DNA of 23,871 nucleotides from a virus, in the UHGV virus genome UHGV-0138833, one strand, 5' to 3'. Positions 23,216 through 23,871 of this stretch are shown here, one piece after another; positions within the stretch are counted from its first letter, which is position 1, and each line of letters opens with the position of its first letter. The position numbers and the translations under genes were made by a program. Under the pieces are notes generated by a model. It did no database searches, was not told where the DNA came from, and saw nothing but the letters and a program-made list of their open reading frames with translations.

Positions 23216-23362
23216 ATGAAAAATGGCCTTGAACTGAAAGCGCCTGTAACTGATGACATCAGCAGAGCACTGGCTTTTGCCATTAAGTGGGTGGCGGTCG
23301 GTGTTGCTGTGTCCCCGATGCTGTATGGGCTGGCAAAACTGGTCATTGCGTTGAAATCGTGA
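23216..23362 (+). CDS. Hypothetical small membrane peptide (about 48 aa; alternative start ATG 23180)
   Basis: GAGG RBS 6 nt upstream of ATG 23216. Hydrophobic segment [27 protein letters not shown]. Confidence 0.35.
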   Translation: MKNGLELKAPVTDDISRALAFAIKWVAVGVAVSPMLYGLAKLVIALKS

Positions 23363-23376
23363 AGGGAGGATTAAGC

Positions 23377-23508
23377 ATGTCAGACAAACTCATAACGCTG
23401 GCGAAGATCCTCTGTGTAATTGTCGGCATTTCATTTTCACTAATGCTGGTTGCTCTTTTTCTTTCCATGGCCTGGATGATGTTGTCTTCGTCGGGGTTGC
23501 TGGGGTGA
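23377..23508 (+). CDS. Hypothetical small TM peptide (43 aa)
   Basis: Strong GGGAGGA RBS 5-6 nt upstream of ATG 23377. Almost entirely hydrophobic ([26 protein letters not shown]). Stop overlaps the Rz start region. Confidence 0.45.
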   Translation: MSDKLITLAKILCVIVGISFSLMLVALFLSMAWMMLSSSGLLG

Positions 23509-23519
23509 ACATAAACCGA

Positions 23520-23871
23520 ATGCTTTCCGCGTTTATCGTTATTCTGCTGGTGGCCTGTGGTGCGCTGTGGATGGCAACAGACCATTACCGTGATAACGCG
23601 ATTACCTACAAAGCGCAGCGCGATAACAAAGCCAGTGAACTGAAGCTGGCGAACGCAACCATTACTGATATGCAGGTGCGCCAGCGCGATGTTGCTGCGC
23701 TCGATGCAAAATACTCGAGGGAATTAGCCGATGCGAGAACTGAAAATGAAACTCTTCGCGCTGACGTTGCCGCTGGTCGTAAGCGCCTGCGGATCAACGC
23801 CACCTGTCCAGGCTCCGTGCGTGAAGCCACCACCGCCTCCGGCGTGGATAATGCAGCCTCCCCCCGACTGG
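23520..23871 (+). CDS. Rz: Rz i-spanin, 3'-truncated by the window end
   Basis: Hand translation [65 protein letters not shown]... matches lambda Rz as recalled. Not in the ORF track because no stop lies within the window. Confidence 0.8.
   Translation, partial: MLSAFIVILLVACGALWMATDHYRDNAITYKAQRDNKASELKLANATITDMQVRQRDVAALDAKYSRELADARTENETLRADVAAGRKRLRINATCPGSVREATTASGVDNAASPRL
23731..23871 (+). CDS. Rz1: Rz1 o-spanin lipoprotein, embedded in Rz in a different reading frame, 3'-truncated
   Basis: Hand translation [47 protein letters not shown]: lipobox LVVSAC and proline-rich region typical of Rz1. Confidence 0.75.
   Translation, partial: MRELKMKLFALTLPLVVSACGSTPPVQAPCVKPPPPPAWIMQPPPDW

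Noticed and set aside
22166-23346. Minus-strand track ORFs antisense to the 296-aa gene and the endolysin (22166-22603, 22450-22827, 22917-23171, 22966-23346), plus plus-strand 22827-23108
   Set aside because: Overlap the motif-supported SAR endolysin or the plus-strand 296-aa gene; no RBSs; shadow ORFs.
23343-23833. Minus-strand track ORFs 23343-23585 and 23606-23833
   Set aside because: Antisense to the Rz/Rz1 coding region, which is strongly supported by hand translation.
1-23871. CRISPR arrays, IS elements/transposases, integrase
   Set aside because: No regularly spaced direct repeats with unique spacers, no transposase-like ORFs with terminal inverted repeats, and no tyrosine or serine recombinase motifs were seen on either strand. 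The repeats present are dispersed regulatory-type elements.

Overview
This 23.9-kb window is a slice through a lambdoid prophage of the E. coli type, read from sequence alone with no database searches. Left to right: (1) an AT-rich accessory block (1-2320) with unknown genes, repeated inverted-repeat elements and a HicA/HicB toxin-antitoxin pair with its own promoter and terminator; (2) a leftward early operon of small unknown proteins including an Ea22-like protein and an XRE-HTH protein (2418-7062, minus strand); (3) the immunity region, a CI-type HTH + S24 (LexA-like) repressor flanked by repeated TTGATAC operator cores (7100-7920); (4) the rightward early/replication operon: two Rha-type regulators, small coupled ORFs, replication initiator, DnaC-like loader, DnaB-like helicase, DUF968/HNH-like protein, RusA and a Q-like protein (8158-16177); (5) a late-regulatory moron zone: an AT-rich two-gene cassette between terminators, a small HTH protein plus DPPY amino-methyltransferase, three tRNAs (CAU, Arg-UCG, Arg-UCU) and an AT-rich island with convergent unknown genes where Stx phages carry stx (16178-20846); (6) the lysis cassette: S21-type pinholin, an unexpected 296-aa gene, SAR endolysin, two small membrane peptides and Rz/Rz1 running off the window end. 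No integrase, structural genes, IS elements, CRISPR or stx genes are present. The best candidates for undescribed biology are the two-gene membrane-protein cassette downstream of the Q-like gene (16450-17481), the 296-aa insert inside the lysis cassette, the AT-rich island after the tRNAs, and the repeat-rich accessory block at the left end.
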